Assembly: GCA_000708835.1 (NCBI GenBank) | Contig: DF236984.1 | Coordinates: 1 to 64,000 of the forward strand | From: Klebsormidium nitens | Lineage: Eukaryota; Plantae; Klebsormidiophyceae | Length of the DNA: 64,000 nt | Direction: 5' to 3' | Shown here: piece by piece, positions 40,601 to 52,100 of the stretch | How positions within the stretch are numbered: position 1 is the stretch's first letter | How the letters are laid out: each line of letters starts with the position of its first letter | Position numbers and translations under genes: made by a program | Notes under the pieces: generated by a model | Told to the model about the DNA's origin: nothing | The model's input: only the letters and a program-made list of their open reading frames with translations | The model's database searches: none

Positions 40601-43600
40601 CCGACTTTGACCAGCGTGCGCCCCGTGGTGTAGAATGAACAGCAGAAGAAGAGCTTGTCCGAAGCGGTTTTGGTTTGCATGTTATGCATGTTCAATTATC
40701 AGAAAGGTTGCTAGCACTTCGCCCACACTCGGTCCAATGGATTATTGTGCTTCTTTCCTACCCCTTTTTTCCTACAACGTAACGATTTCACCAGAACTTC
40801 GAGTTCCTAGCCGTTTCTTCATTCCACGTTCGTTGACGAGTCTCTGCTGACCCTCCGCAGTGCATACTGGTGCTCGCAGTCAGCATGTGCAGTGATTTTG
40901 TAAAAGTCTCAATCCTGAAACGCTCGGCTCCTATTGCAAGGAGATACCTGATGTTATTGTCCACCTTTTGAAACTTCAGGCCTGAATCCTTGCTATCATT
41001 CTCAGGTACGACGGGAGGTCGCCGTGGGCATCCTGCAGCGCATGCAGATGCACGTGGTCGGCGTGTGCAACTGCACCGAGGCGCTCGAGCTCGCGGTCGC
41101 CGCTTACACTCTCGACGCCGACCAAAAGGCGCGCGGGGAGTCCCCTTCTCCGAGTCCCCGGGGGTACGGGGTCTTGCGGCACCGCCTCACAAAGTCCGGC
41201 ATCAGTAGCACGCCAGGCGACGCCGGGAACCTTTTGGACTCGGGGGGGGAGCAAAGCGAGGAGACCGGTGCGGGGGGTTTCGGGCCTGCGCCAGGGAATG
41301 CCAGGTTTGACACCGGCAGTCAGCGGGAGGGGGGTGGGGAGACGGAGAGCACATCGACGCGGGAAACGAACAGCGAAAGCAGTGCGGGGCAGGTCGGGGG
41401 AGAAACGAACGTCGGCGGCACGCGAGAGCGGTCCCAGGCAGACGGCGTATCCAGTCCCAGTGCCATTGTTACGACGAAAGCATCGCACCAGCGGTTGGAG
41501 AGTCGGGGATCCGTAAGCTCGAGCTCGAGTGGGGCCTCCGTCAGCTCTCCGATCGCCGATCAGGGACGGTTGCCGTCACTGCAGTTGTGGAACATGGAGG
41601 AGGGAGACGAATCCGGAGAAGATAAGGACATTGAGAAAGTGATTGCCGCCGGGGAGAAGGCGCTGCGGGCAACCGAGCAGAACGGAGTAAGCGAGTCGGG
41701 TTTCACTAACCAGCTGAGTACGAGCGAGAATAACAGCGCTAACCTGCGAGGTTTGAGTGCGGGTTCTAACGCAACCGGTTCGGCGGCCAGGTTGGGCGCC
41801 AACCCGGAAATCGAGCAGGTTAGTCTCAGCGGTGGGGCAGGCGTGCCCGAGAGCACGACGCCGACGTTCAGGGACGTTATGGACGGCCTGCCAGTCGGAC
41901 GGGAGCCGTTCGGGCGGGCCCCCGCCGATGCTGACGTCAGCGCTGACATCACCCCAGACGAAGACGCCCGCCTGGCGCTGCAGGACGCGGCGGAAGGGGG
42001 GCGGTTTAGGGTGGTCCTGGTAGACGTCGATTGCGTCGGGAAGGTATCGGCGCTGGAGTTTGCGAAGCAGGTTAAGGATGACCCGCGGTTAAGCGAGTTG
42101 CTGGTGGTGGGCATGTGCGTGGGGGGGCCGCACAACCAGGAGAACGGGAGGGGTGACGAAGCGAAGGCGGTCGGGCTGCTGGGACCGGTTTTCAAGGTAA
42201 GAAGACAAAGTGCAGGCAGCATGAGTTGGCCGAAGGTCTGAAGTTGGCAGCGTCCTTGCTTGCTTTGGTAGCCTCTGACTGTCAAATGTCTCCCCCATGT
42301 GTATAGTTCACTTGGATAATCGTCACGGATTAACGGAGAGTCACGGAGAACACATAACCCACCGATGTCTAAGGCCTGACAAATGTCTGCAGCAACCCAA
42401 AGTCTTCCGTTGAAAGCAACCCACGCTCTGCATCCCTGCCCATCCTGAACCCCAATATTAAACCCACCCGTTCCAGCACGAGTGTCTCTTCAAAATCTGC
42501 TTTTCTTCTAACTATATTAGAGACTAATCCTGATATATCGTCCTACAGCCATTACGGCGAGGCGCCCTGGCAGCCGTTCTCCACGGTGCAATGCACCCCG
42601 AGGGGGCCGATTTGCCCCGTAGTCCACCCGGGGAGGAAACCACCCCCACATCCGGGGGGTCCACGCCCGTAGGGAGCGTCCCCCTGGACGGAAAGAAAAT
42701 TTTGGTCGTTGATGACGTGGCGATCAACGTCAAAGTGGCCTCGAGAATGATTGCGGCGTTCAAATGCCAGGTGATGACCCGTACTTGTATGCAGCTTTCG
42801 TCTGTTCGGAGAGGTTTGTCGTGCCTGCACAATGGCAGGTGTGACGCAGCTGATGAATTGCGCTGCAACTCTTACCCCTCAATTTGACTCTCACTTTATT
42901 GGCTGCCTTTTCACTGCAGATGAAAAGGTCAAGCACAATGAGCGCTCCGACGGATCGTGTACAATACTGTACAACAGTGTACAACAGTGTACCAGCTCGT
43001 GCACAATCTTCGAATCTTTTTGGGGTCAGGGCCAGCACTCTGGACTCGTCCTCTGAGGGTTACCATTCAAACAGTCCAAATCTCGGCAGGTCCAGAGAAC
43101 GCCCTAAAGTCCCGGAACATGTGTTTGAACATTATGCGAAGGCGTCGGAAAAAAACCAGCTTTATCAGCTTCCAATCCGTAACCTGCCATTCTCAATGGT
43201 TCTCCAGGTGCTGACGGCAGCAAGCGGTCAAGAGGCGATTGACATCTTCCGGCGAGAGCAGGGCTCGCTGGACCTCATTCTCATGGACGTACAAATGCCG
43301 GTGAGTTCAACTGGGGTCTTGCGCAGGCACTGTTTTCAAGGTGTTGGGTTTGTTAGGCAAAACTTAGATCTCTTTCCACGCTTCTTGAACTTCGCTGAAC
43401 CTCTCTCTTGGAATGATTGCCGGCTTGCACTGTGGAACTTTATCCACACTCCCGCAATGTAGCATATCATGATACAGCCGCTAGCTTTCGAGTGCCTGGA
43501 ATCGGCGGGAAACGAAGCGACGTATTTTGCTTAGAGGGTCTGTGACCACTGGCGGATGAGCTTACAGTGCTGGCGTCGATATACCTTGTAGTGCAAGAAT

Positions 43601-44470
43601 AGTGTTCTGCTATGCGAATGACCTGCAGAGGCCTAGAATATTTCATACTGACGGCTCTTGCAATTTGGCGTGTCTCAGGAAATGGACGGGTTCGAGGCGA
43701 CCCAGAAGATACGCGAGATCATAGCGGAGAACGAGGCGCTTGGCGCTCCCAGGCGGAAGCTGCCCATACTGGCGCTCACTGCTGACGTCATGAGCGGGAC
43801 CAAGGAGGAGTGCCTCAAGGCCGGCATGGACGGCTACTTGCCCAAGGTAGTCCCTAACCCGCAACCCTGAACCCAAAAAACCTGAAGCCTTGAAAGCCCT
43901 AACCCGGAACCCTGAACCCAAAAAAACCTGAAGCCTTGAAAGTCAGAACTCTTGACTTCACGGAACTCAAAAACTTGTCACTGAAGACTCTTTCCTTTTC
44001 CAGTTTTGAGTGGAAAGCTCATCTTTTAATCATTGGAAAGTCCGGAAAAGCAGTGTATGCCCATCAACCCATGTGGTTGAGGGACGGGAGCCAGAGCTGG
44101 GCACATGCGCGCGGAGGAACTCGCGGCAGAGTCGGACTGCTTCAGTAGGACGACCGCAGGACATTGGATCTTAAAATACTACGTAGCAGCAACCTGATAG
44201 TGATTCATGATTCCGCGCAAGTGTCTATCTCAACGTCAAGCATGCGGCTTCACTTGTTTGTAGGGTCTCAAGTTCTGTCTCATTGCTTTGTGTAAGGGGC
44301 AAGCATTCCCGTTGTGAGAAAAAGCCCTGACTGGGCTTCAGCATCTAATGCAACATGTCCAGCCTTCTTCTTGCGTTAGTGTTTCTCAAGCTTAAACTTG
44401 CTTCTCTTTGCAGCCCTTGAATCCCAAGAAGTTGAAGGAGCTGCTGCACGAGTTCATTGGTAGTGAATGA
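31693..44470 (+). CDS. CHASE-domain hybrid histidine kinase (cytokinin-receptor AHK/CRE1-like architecture: TM-CHASE-TM-HisKA-HATPase-pseudoREC-REC), 18 exons
   Basis: Phase-consistent exons are 31693-32090, 32474-32706, 33151-33328, 34060-34342, 34734-34859, 35310-35388, 35815-35848, 36081-36094, 36491-36594, 36989-37011, 37802-38012, 38827-39797, 40261-40489, 41006-42196, 42549-42770, 43208-43300, 43679-43846 and 44414-44470. Motifs: CHASE ([33 protein letters not shown]), H-box [16 protein letters not shown]-box [15 protein letters not shown]-boxes VEDTGPG and [18 protein letters not shown], and receiver [44 protein letters not shown]. Confidence 0.95.
34983..35035 (+). repeat. Intronic copy of the 3' end of kinase exon 34734-34859
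   Basis: 48 of 53 nt are identical to 34808-34860, at an offset of 175. The donor GT is replaced by GA. Confidence 0.9.
38115..38650 (+). repeat. Four degenerate intronic copies of the 3' end and donor of kinase exon 37802-38012
   Basis: The anchor tcggcga is at 37954 (real) with variants at 38126, 38282, about 38425 and about 38585. gtcaaggtgaggcgaagctg is at 38007 and 38178. tgctgatcaacttgct is at 37981 and 38621. Confidence 0.85.
40105..40141 (+). repeat. Intronic copy of the acceptor and start of kinase exon 40261
   Basis: 31 of 37 nt are identical to 40266-40302, at an offset of 161. The copy is preceded by an intact ctctccag acceptor. Confidence 0.8.
40188..40217. repeat. (TCAGAG)n hexamer microsatellite, about 5 units
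   Basis: tcagag x4 followed by tcagaa, lying between the 40105 echo and the real acceptor. Confidence 0.85.
43852..43942. repeat. Two tandem 45-46 bp units rich in telomere-like CCCTAA/CCCTGAA
   Basis: ccctaacccg[c/g]aaccctgaacccaaaaaa(a)cctgaagccttgaaag occurs at 43852-43896 and 43897-43942, directly after the donor of exon 43679-43846. Confidence 0.85.
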
Positions 44471-46183
44471 TCGTATGTGGTATGGGGCTTCCGCTGTTTG
44501 CGCCTGAACGCTGCGCTAAGTTGTGTTTTTGAAGAGTAGCGAATATCAACTTGCGTGAGTGACCCAATTCCCATCTGAAAGCAATCAAGACTTTAGAGAC
44601 ATGTGATATGTTTCGGAAAAGCTTCTGTAGGTCAGTACGGGCATGATTTGAGTACTGTCGATAGCATACACTATACATTGACACAGCTTCACCGAACAAG
44701 GCAGCTCACACTGTGACAGGAATACTCAACCGGATTTTAGTGCGCAGACACAAGATTAACAAAGGTAAATTCAAAGCAATGATCACCGGTCTAAAGTTTG
44801 TCTACCGGTCGTTCAACGTCCTTGCCAAGTAATACGTAATGTTTCTACCCGGTTGTGTTAAGACTTAGTATTGAAGGTCTCTCAGTCTGCTGGGCAGCCT
44901 GACGGTTTGGGTCGATGCATGGTCGTCAGCGGAGCTAGGCTCGGACTCCGGGACTGTAGAATAAAAGTTTGAACCCGTTGAGCATATATTGTTGCAAGCT
45001 GCATCACACATCATGCGCGACAATGATTGGCCGGACGCACCAATTACTAAGTTGGACGCTAAGTTCGAGGATTTATGTATATGCAATAGTATAGGGGCCT
45101 TTGATTTTATATACATGCCGCCCATCAAAGCGTTCATTAGCTTCTAGCTTATATTTCTCGAGTCCATATAGTAGGTACCCAATTTTGACATGCGTACTCT
45201 TGCAGACTTACGGTGTGGCACTGTCATGGCCGCTGGCACCATGCGCATGCGTGTCTAAACACAGTCTGCGCGTCGGAACCTAAACGTACTCAAAAGATGT
45301 AAGCGACCGGCATGTGTGTCCGCAGCTTACATCTTGCTAGCGCCAGGATACAATCATGATGAACGATACAAATATGATCAGATTGCTGTGCAGACGGTGT
45401 ATACTGCTAGAGGCTTGGAGATTTAGTACGTACGTACGCCGGATCAATAACGTGAGTGTATGATTTACTGCGCAATTCTCGTAACGAAGATTGCAGTTTA
45501 TGATTGCGCGCCGTTTCATCATGCACTGACGGTATAGCTCAGTGCCGCCAGCACAGGCTCAATCACATATATGCTAGTACGTGCGGGGCCAGTAGCGCGT
45601 GCTGCGCGACGGCCCCGGCCAATTCTATGTCTTTTGTAAATCCGATCGTCATTGGCTGCAAAAGGGTACTTTCATGCTTTAGTAAGCATGCGTGTGTCTA
45701 CAATCACTTGAACTAACTTCTAATAGTGAAAAGTTTCTTTTAGTAACTGTGCTACACAAGAGTCGGATGGGATCTAGATAGATTGCGGAAAACGGCCTGA
45801 TTTTGTTATTGATCTCCACCAGTAGGAACCCCCGCAGCGCCTGCCCAAATGCATGACTTCAGTCCGCTTGATTCAGGCACTCAGCCGTATCTTCGCTGGG
45901 CTTCTACGTGTCTCACTCGTGAGTTTACAGGTCGTTATGCAGCTTGCCACGAAACCTTTGTATGGTTACCCGGGCGAGGTACCAGATGTAACTTGCGCTT
46001 AGCGCCAAAAGCATATATGGCTGCAGAAGGTCAATCCAAAAATCCTCACTGTCCGGCTAGTTGTTATGTTAGCTTTGGTAGGTCCTACACGTTTCTCCAT
46101 AGCTTGACTGCAAATATTGGAAACTCATTCCCACACCTTGATTCCCACGTAAGTATCTTGTTGCCGTCGATGAATGTGCGTTT

Positions 46184-49100
46184 TCATACTCGTAGTGTGC
46201 ACTTGACCCTCAGCGGTGTCTTGAGCGCCAACGCCCAGCCCGAACTCTCTTCCTCCAGGCTGATGTCCTGGCCGTCGATAAGCTCGACATCGAAAGCTGC
46301 AAGAATGAACGGTCGACGGAGATGGGTCGCCAGAAACATCAACCGCGGGCCAGGTCAAGCCTAGCATCTTAGACTACAGTAGATGTTCCACCGCGGAGAA
46401 GTTGTTCGGGCCATAAGAGATCAAAAAGCACAAGGCTCGAGGGGAAAGTGGAAAACCTTAGAGATGACGCATCGAAATGGTAAGTGTGGCCTTTCACACT
46501 TTCTTCATCGAGGATAATCAACATCATCCTACGTGGAAAGCGAAGTTGGAGGTCTGGTAATGCCGGCCTGATTCAGTCAATACCGCTCTTGGCCCTTCCA
46601 CTCTGCTTCTCTTTTGCTAGCTTTGACAAACTGGGAAGAAGACGTTGAGAAACTGAGCCAAGAAGGAAACGTGTTCCCCAACCGTTACAGGATTGAGAAA
46701 GGTAGTGCCCAACTGTCCGTCTCTTTTTGTAAAAGAAGACGTGAATCTAAATTGCCATGGCTAAAAACATTCTAAAGCGAAAATCGAGGAATCCTTCAAG
46801 CACACAAATGGAACGGAGGACCCAACAGTGAGAGACTAGACCGACGTCTAAATTCCTCGACCTACTGTCGGAGATCTCGATCTTCGATCCGTTTTGCGGC
46901 GATTGGGCAGCTAAGCTTACTTTGCAGTATGCGTCCGATCGCAAGTTGGATGATGAGCAGGCCTTGGTTGGCGCCGGGACAGCCTCTTCGACCTGCAAAC
47001 AAAACGGTGGCTTTTCACACTCCAGCTTACATACAAATCCTGCGAGCACAATTCCAAAGGCTCAAGCTGAACCTTCGTTACAATGCACCTCGGAAACGCT
47101 CTCAATCAGATGCTCCGATCTGGCAGTGCACAATCGTGGGGTGCGTTCTCGGGAAATTACCGCTAACACGGCCCTTAACCTACTGGTTTGCAGATTGTTG
47201 TGCAGGCTCATCCGGAATACTTGAACCCACAGGAAGTTGTGGCTGCCAAGTAGTGGCTAATAAGCACAATTGAGTCCCGGTTCATGGTCACATACCCGGT
47301 ATTTGACCTTGCTCCAAAGCTGGTTACCGCCCAACTCTGGCGTTATTGGACATATTCAACCACTTCTTAACCAGCCCATAATCATAACGGCCAAACCCCC
47401 TTGTGAGCACCGCTTAACCTGACTGGTCAAGCTTGGCAAAACGCTCACCGGCGCCGAACGGCAGTACCCGGATGTCCTTTCCAGTGATGTCGACGTCGTC
47501 TTCCAAGAACCGCTCCGGTAGAAATTCGTCCGCCCGGGGGAAGACCGCCGGGTCACGCGAGATGCCCCGGGTGTGAAGCAACACCTGCCAGTGGGGAAAT
47601 TCGACGTCAGTACGGTAAAATTGAGACGGATAGGTGCAGTGCACGTCAATCTTGATTGATTTAGGGGTTTCGATTAGGTTAATCTGGTTTCTTAGGTTAG
47701 CGAGGTGCCCCGGGTGTGAAGCAGCACCTGCCAGCGCAAAATTGAACGTCAATATGGGGGTTGGGGGAAATAATCTGGTTAATTTTTTGATATCGGGTTC
47801 CTACTTCAAGTACTTGGGTAACTAAAAAGGCCAGCAAAATGCCCGGGGTGTGAAGCAACACCTGCCAGTGGAAAAATGAACGTAGGTATGGGGGTAAGAG
47901 TAACTGGGCTGAGTGCAGACCACGTCACTCTTGATTCTTAATTGAGCGTTCCAACGAGAGTAATGGTTACTTAGGTCCGCGATGCCCCCGGTGTGAAGGA
48001 GCATCTGCCGGTGAAAACGAAACCATCTCTAACCACTTGATCGGGTTTTTGGGCATAGTTTGAAAGACGTTCGTCTCCGGATCAGCAGCATTCCAAACAC
48101 AGCCACTCACCAAAACATGTTCAGTTCCCTTTAACTAAGCCCTACGCTTACCCAGGAGTTTCCCTGGTGCTGTTAGCATCAAAGCTGCGCTTGAAATTTT
48201 GATTGACGGGCGTCATCTTCAAAAGACGACGCTTCACTTTCCAAACCGTCGTGATTTGGAACTTATATAATCTTCTTTCATGTTTATGAGGTCGAGAACC
48301 ACCGGATCTGTTGTTGACACGCTGGCCAGTACGTACCGTGGTCTTTGCTGGTACCCTGTAGCCCAGGATCGTCGGACTCGTGCTCGTTCATGTGCGGTAC
48401 CAGAAAAGGTCCCACGCCTTGGAACCGGAAGTGTTCTTTGACCACTGTAAAGAAGGATACAAAGAGCTAAGCACGAGCGGACGCTCTGTAGATAGTAGAT
48501 GCTCATGGTTTAAATAAGCATTCAATGGGTTTGAAACCAACGAACCGTCCCTCAAGACAAAATGACCGAGGGAAGAGCTCGCTACGTAGTTCCTCGACAC
48601 GATCGTCTTCAGCCCCAAAACTGAATTATACAAGACTCCGCGTAATACAAAACTCCTTTTTCAGAATGGGCTTGAGTTGGCTACTGTACTGCTCTTCCGT
48701 TCGACACGAAGCAAAGCCGGTGCGCATCGATAGTCGAGGAAAAGCAGCAAGTGCACTCCAAACCGCTATTTTCTCTTAAGCTGAGCCTCAGATTGCTAGA
48801 AGCTTGATTCATCGAACGGCCCAGAGTCTGCTTCCGATCAAGAATATTCTTCTTCCACCTGCCACGTGTCGGTGAACTATCCGAATCGGCCTTACCCGCT
48901 CGCAGATACGGCATGTTTTTTAAGTCCTCCTCGCAAACCGGTCGGTCTCTACCGACCACTTCGTCAATCTCCGCGTGCAGTCTGCGCCGGATCGCCGGCC
49001 GCCTGGTGATTTCCGCCAGGATCCACTCGATGGAGACGCCGCTTGTGTCGACCGCTGCAAACGATTTGCGGCCGCCCCGTCAGGAAATGCGCAAGGTGGG

Positions 49101-52100
49101 ATTCCGAAATCCACAGACCACGTGCTTTTCTGGAAAAAAGGAAGCGCGTACCACCGCGTGTGAATTGCAGCAGTCTCAAAAATCTTGAGGGGTTTTCCGG
49201 CATTGCCGTTCTGATCAGGGGTCGCTAGGTGACCAATGGAGTCAGCCCACGCGGTGTTTCGTGACCAACACGCGCGTATCACAGATTTTCAGTGCACCAA
49301 TACAATCGATTCGACGTTCCTTTTCAGCATTCTTAGCTTCAGCAAAGCAAACTTAGCTTCAGCATTCTTAGCTTCAGCAAAGGATCCTACGATCTAAACG
49401 AAGCTAAATATCAATAGACGTACTGGGTTTGTATCGGCTACGTTTTTGTTCTGCTGCAGCTTCAAAAGTTATCCGAAGTCCCGATGCTTGGTGCCGCTGA
49501 CTTACCTCCGTTGAGCAAGTCAAGCAGAAACGGCAGAGGTTCTTGGGCGACTTCTTGCTCCTTGTTGTTGGAAGCAGAAAGAAGGACGTCTACCACTGTC
49601 GTAGGGACGAACGCCGGTCCAGCCAACTTCTTCGCTGCGCGCCGCGCGTCGATGATCGCTTGGAGTTCTCTGCAAAACTCAGGTATAAAAATGAGACTCA
49701 AAGAAAGACAAAGTACTTGGAACGATGTTTGAACTCGGAACTCGATCTTTGACGTGTACGACATTGGATGCGGAAGATTAGTGAACGGCTCCGGATAGAG
49801 ATCTGTCTCATCCTGCCATTTTTCCTGTGCTCGGAAATACTTCAAAGCTGCCACGTTCCTCTAGACCAGGGAGTATGCACATTGGAGTCGTCGTTAGAAA
49901 CTTCTTCCCTTTCCCCCGCGTGTCAAAGCCGAGGCCTACTTTCTCAATGAAATCAATCATAACCGCCTTCACCTTACAACTCCAGGTTAGGAAATCTTGG
50001 GGCACTCTGCTCACCGGTCCCTCATCGCGGCGGTTTTTCTGACGTCCCGGTTGAACAGCGGCTCGAGCACCCGGGGGAGAAAAGCGCCCCAGTCGAAGCC
50101 CCCCAGTTGGTGGAAGCTCTCCTGGAGGCACTCGTACAAGGCCTCGCCGGTCGGTGTGAATCCGCACTCCCCGGGCGCTCCAAAGCGGACGCCAAAAAGC
50201 GGTCGCATCATGGTGTTGAGCATGGCTCTGGAAGAAGGAGCAGTTCTAATTCAGGGGGAATGATTTGAGATAGAAACGGAGTCTAGGTCTTGACCCCCGG
50301 AAACGTGCAAGCGCCAGCTGAGAGAGCTCGAGTTTTGGCTTGAATCGAGAGAATCGGATTGCTTGTTTACTCGCTCGTTTCCGTGAGTCTCGCTTTCTTC
50401 CCAATTGTGCACTGAGAAGTTGATAGAACGCATTCCAATGCTTAAGCCCCAAGCGTTTTGCAAGCGGGCTTTATGCGAAGAGCAACCTTGTTTCGAATCA
50501 ACCCAGTTGGAGGATAGGTTTTTCGTGGGTTCCTTACCGGGCAACGTGATTCCGTGGCTCGACGAAGCCGCCTTTCTCGGCGCACTCTCGCTTCAAGTTG
50601 CAGATTAAAGCCTCCGTCTCCTCTTGTCGGACGACCGTGTTTCCAGCCACCGCCTTGTGGGAGAATAGGTGGACGACCGACAGCTTTCGTACCCTGGGAG
50701 AAGCATTGGAAAGATTAGTGAATACTTTCGTGAGGTGAGACCGGGGTTCACTTTGAGCGGCGGAAAGAAAGTCGTTAAAGGTATCAAAATGGACAGCGCT
50801 CCAAGTCAAACAACGATAGGTGGGCGAGCGACAGCTTCAGTACGAGTAAAAACCGTCAGTACGTTCTGTGGCGTAAACCCGGGGGTCACTTTGAGCGATT
50901 AAACCCGAAGACAAGTATTGAGAGGCGTTTTCAAAGGAGGCGCTCGATGTCAGATGGCGTTCCGGCTGGAGCACCAGCTGAGCCAGCCCAACCTGTACGA
51001 GGAATTCATGGCTTTGACTCTCGCCTCTGAAGAGACTCAGTTTCTTCCAAGGAAACATAGCGTCGGAAGCAGCGCAACGGTGACCCGGCCCCAAGATGAA
51101 GCAGGGGCAATTCGCTCGTTTGTTCTTGACATGAAAGTAGGGGCCGACTACGATGCAGAGAAACGCCATCTAGCTTCACATGTATGCTTTGTTCTAGGTG
51201 CCCAGAATCCTCAAAATCAAGCGCCTTTGAGGAGCTTGCCCCTATGTCTACTAAAGAAACGGTTTGCTTTCATCGTACAGTAGCCGTACAGTGCAGACGT
51301 TAAGAAGAGAAAGACACCGAACTTACTGTCGCCAGTAGTCTCCATACGGTGCCATCTCGATGCTCTTTGAACCAACCGTGTAGGCCACCCGATCAGACAC
51401 GGGCGGGCGAGACGCGAAGTCCTTGTCCTGCGTCATGCAAAGAGGAACCCAGCGTGAGCGTAGTAAAGCATAGCAAAAGTTCTGCGCTATTTCTCGGGGG
51501 GCTGCACATGTTTCCTTCGGAGTAGCTCGGAAAGCAGAGAAAAAAGTGTACATGGTACTTAAGACTACGGATCCTTACCTGACAAATCAGTAGCGGTTCA
51601 TGAATTCCTAGCAAATTCAACAGCGTCCAGCACAGTCAACTTATGCGAAGTTCCGTGAAGCACTCAGTATTGGCTCTTGAGAACTCGCCTTTCAGAGCGG
51701 CCTGCATCGCAAGCTCCCAGTCATCAAAGCCCTCTGATATCGAACCAATTGACATCCTCAGAAATTCCAGAAAAATCCTCTCATACCTTTGTGAAGAGCA
51801 CCTCCTTGATCGCTTCCTGGGAGGTGGCACAGATGACAAGCTCGCCTCCATTCCAAATGCTGAAGACGCCGCCGTAAAGCCTTCCCTGTACAGCAGACGG
51901 TCACCAAAATTATGCTTGGGACTTCTTTGCTGTACGTAAGTCGAGACTCGTCCGTTTGTGGGTAGGTACTTGAAGTGGGTACAAAGACAAACGTCTTCGG
52001 ACTCTCTGCTTCCCACGACATTGATAGACTGATGAATCACATTTAGGCTGACCTTCTCTCCAAGTGTTGTTATTGTGAGGGCAATGTGGATTTGTGATAG

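Noticed and set aside
45531-45543. ggtatagctcagt, resembling a tRNA 5' end/A-box
   Set aside because: There is no downstream B-box or cloverleaf.
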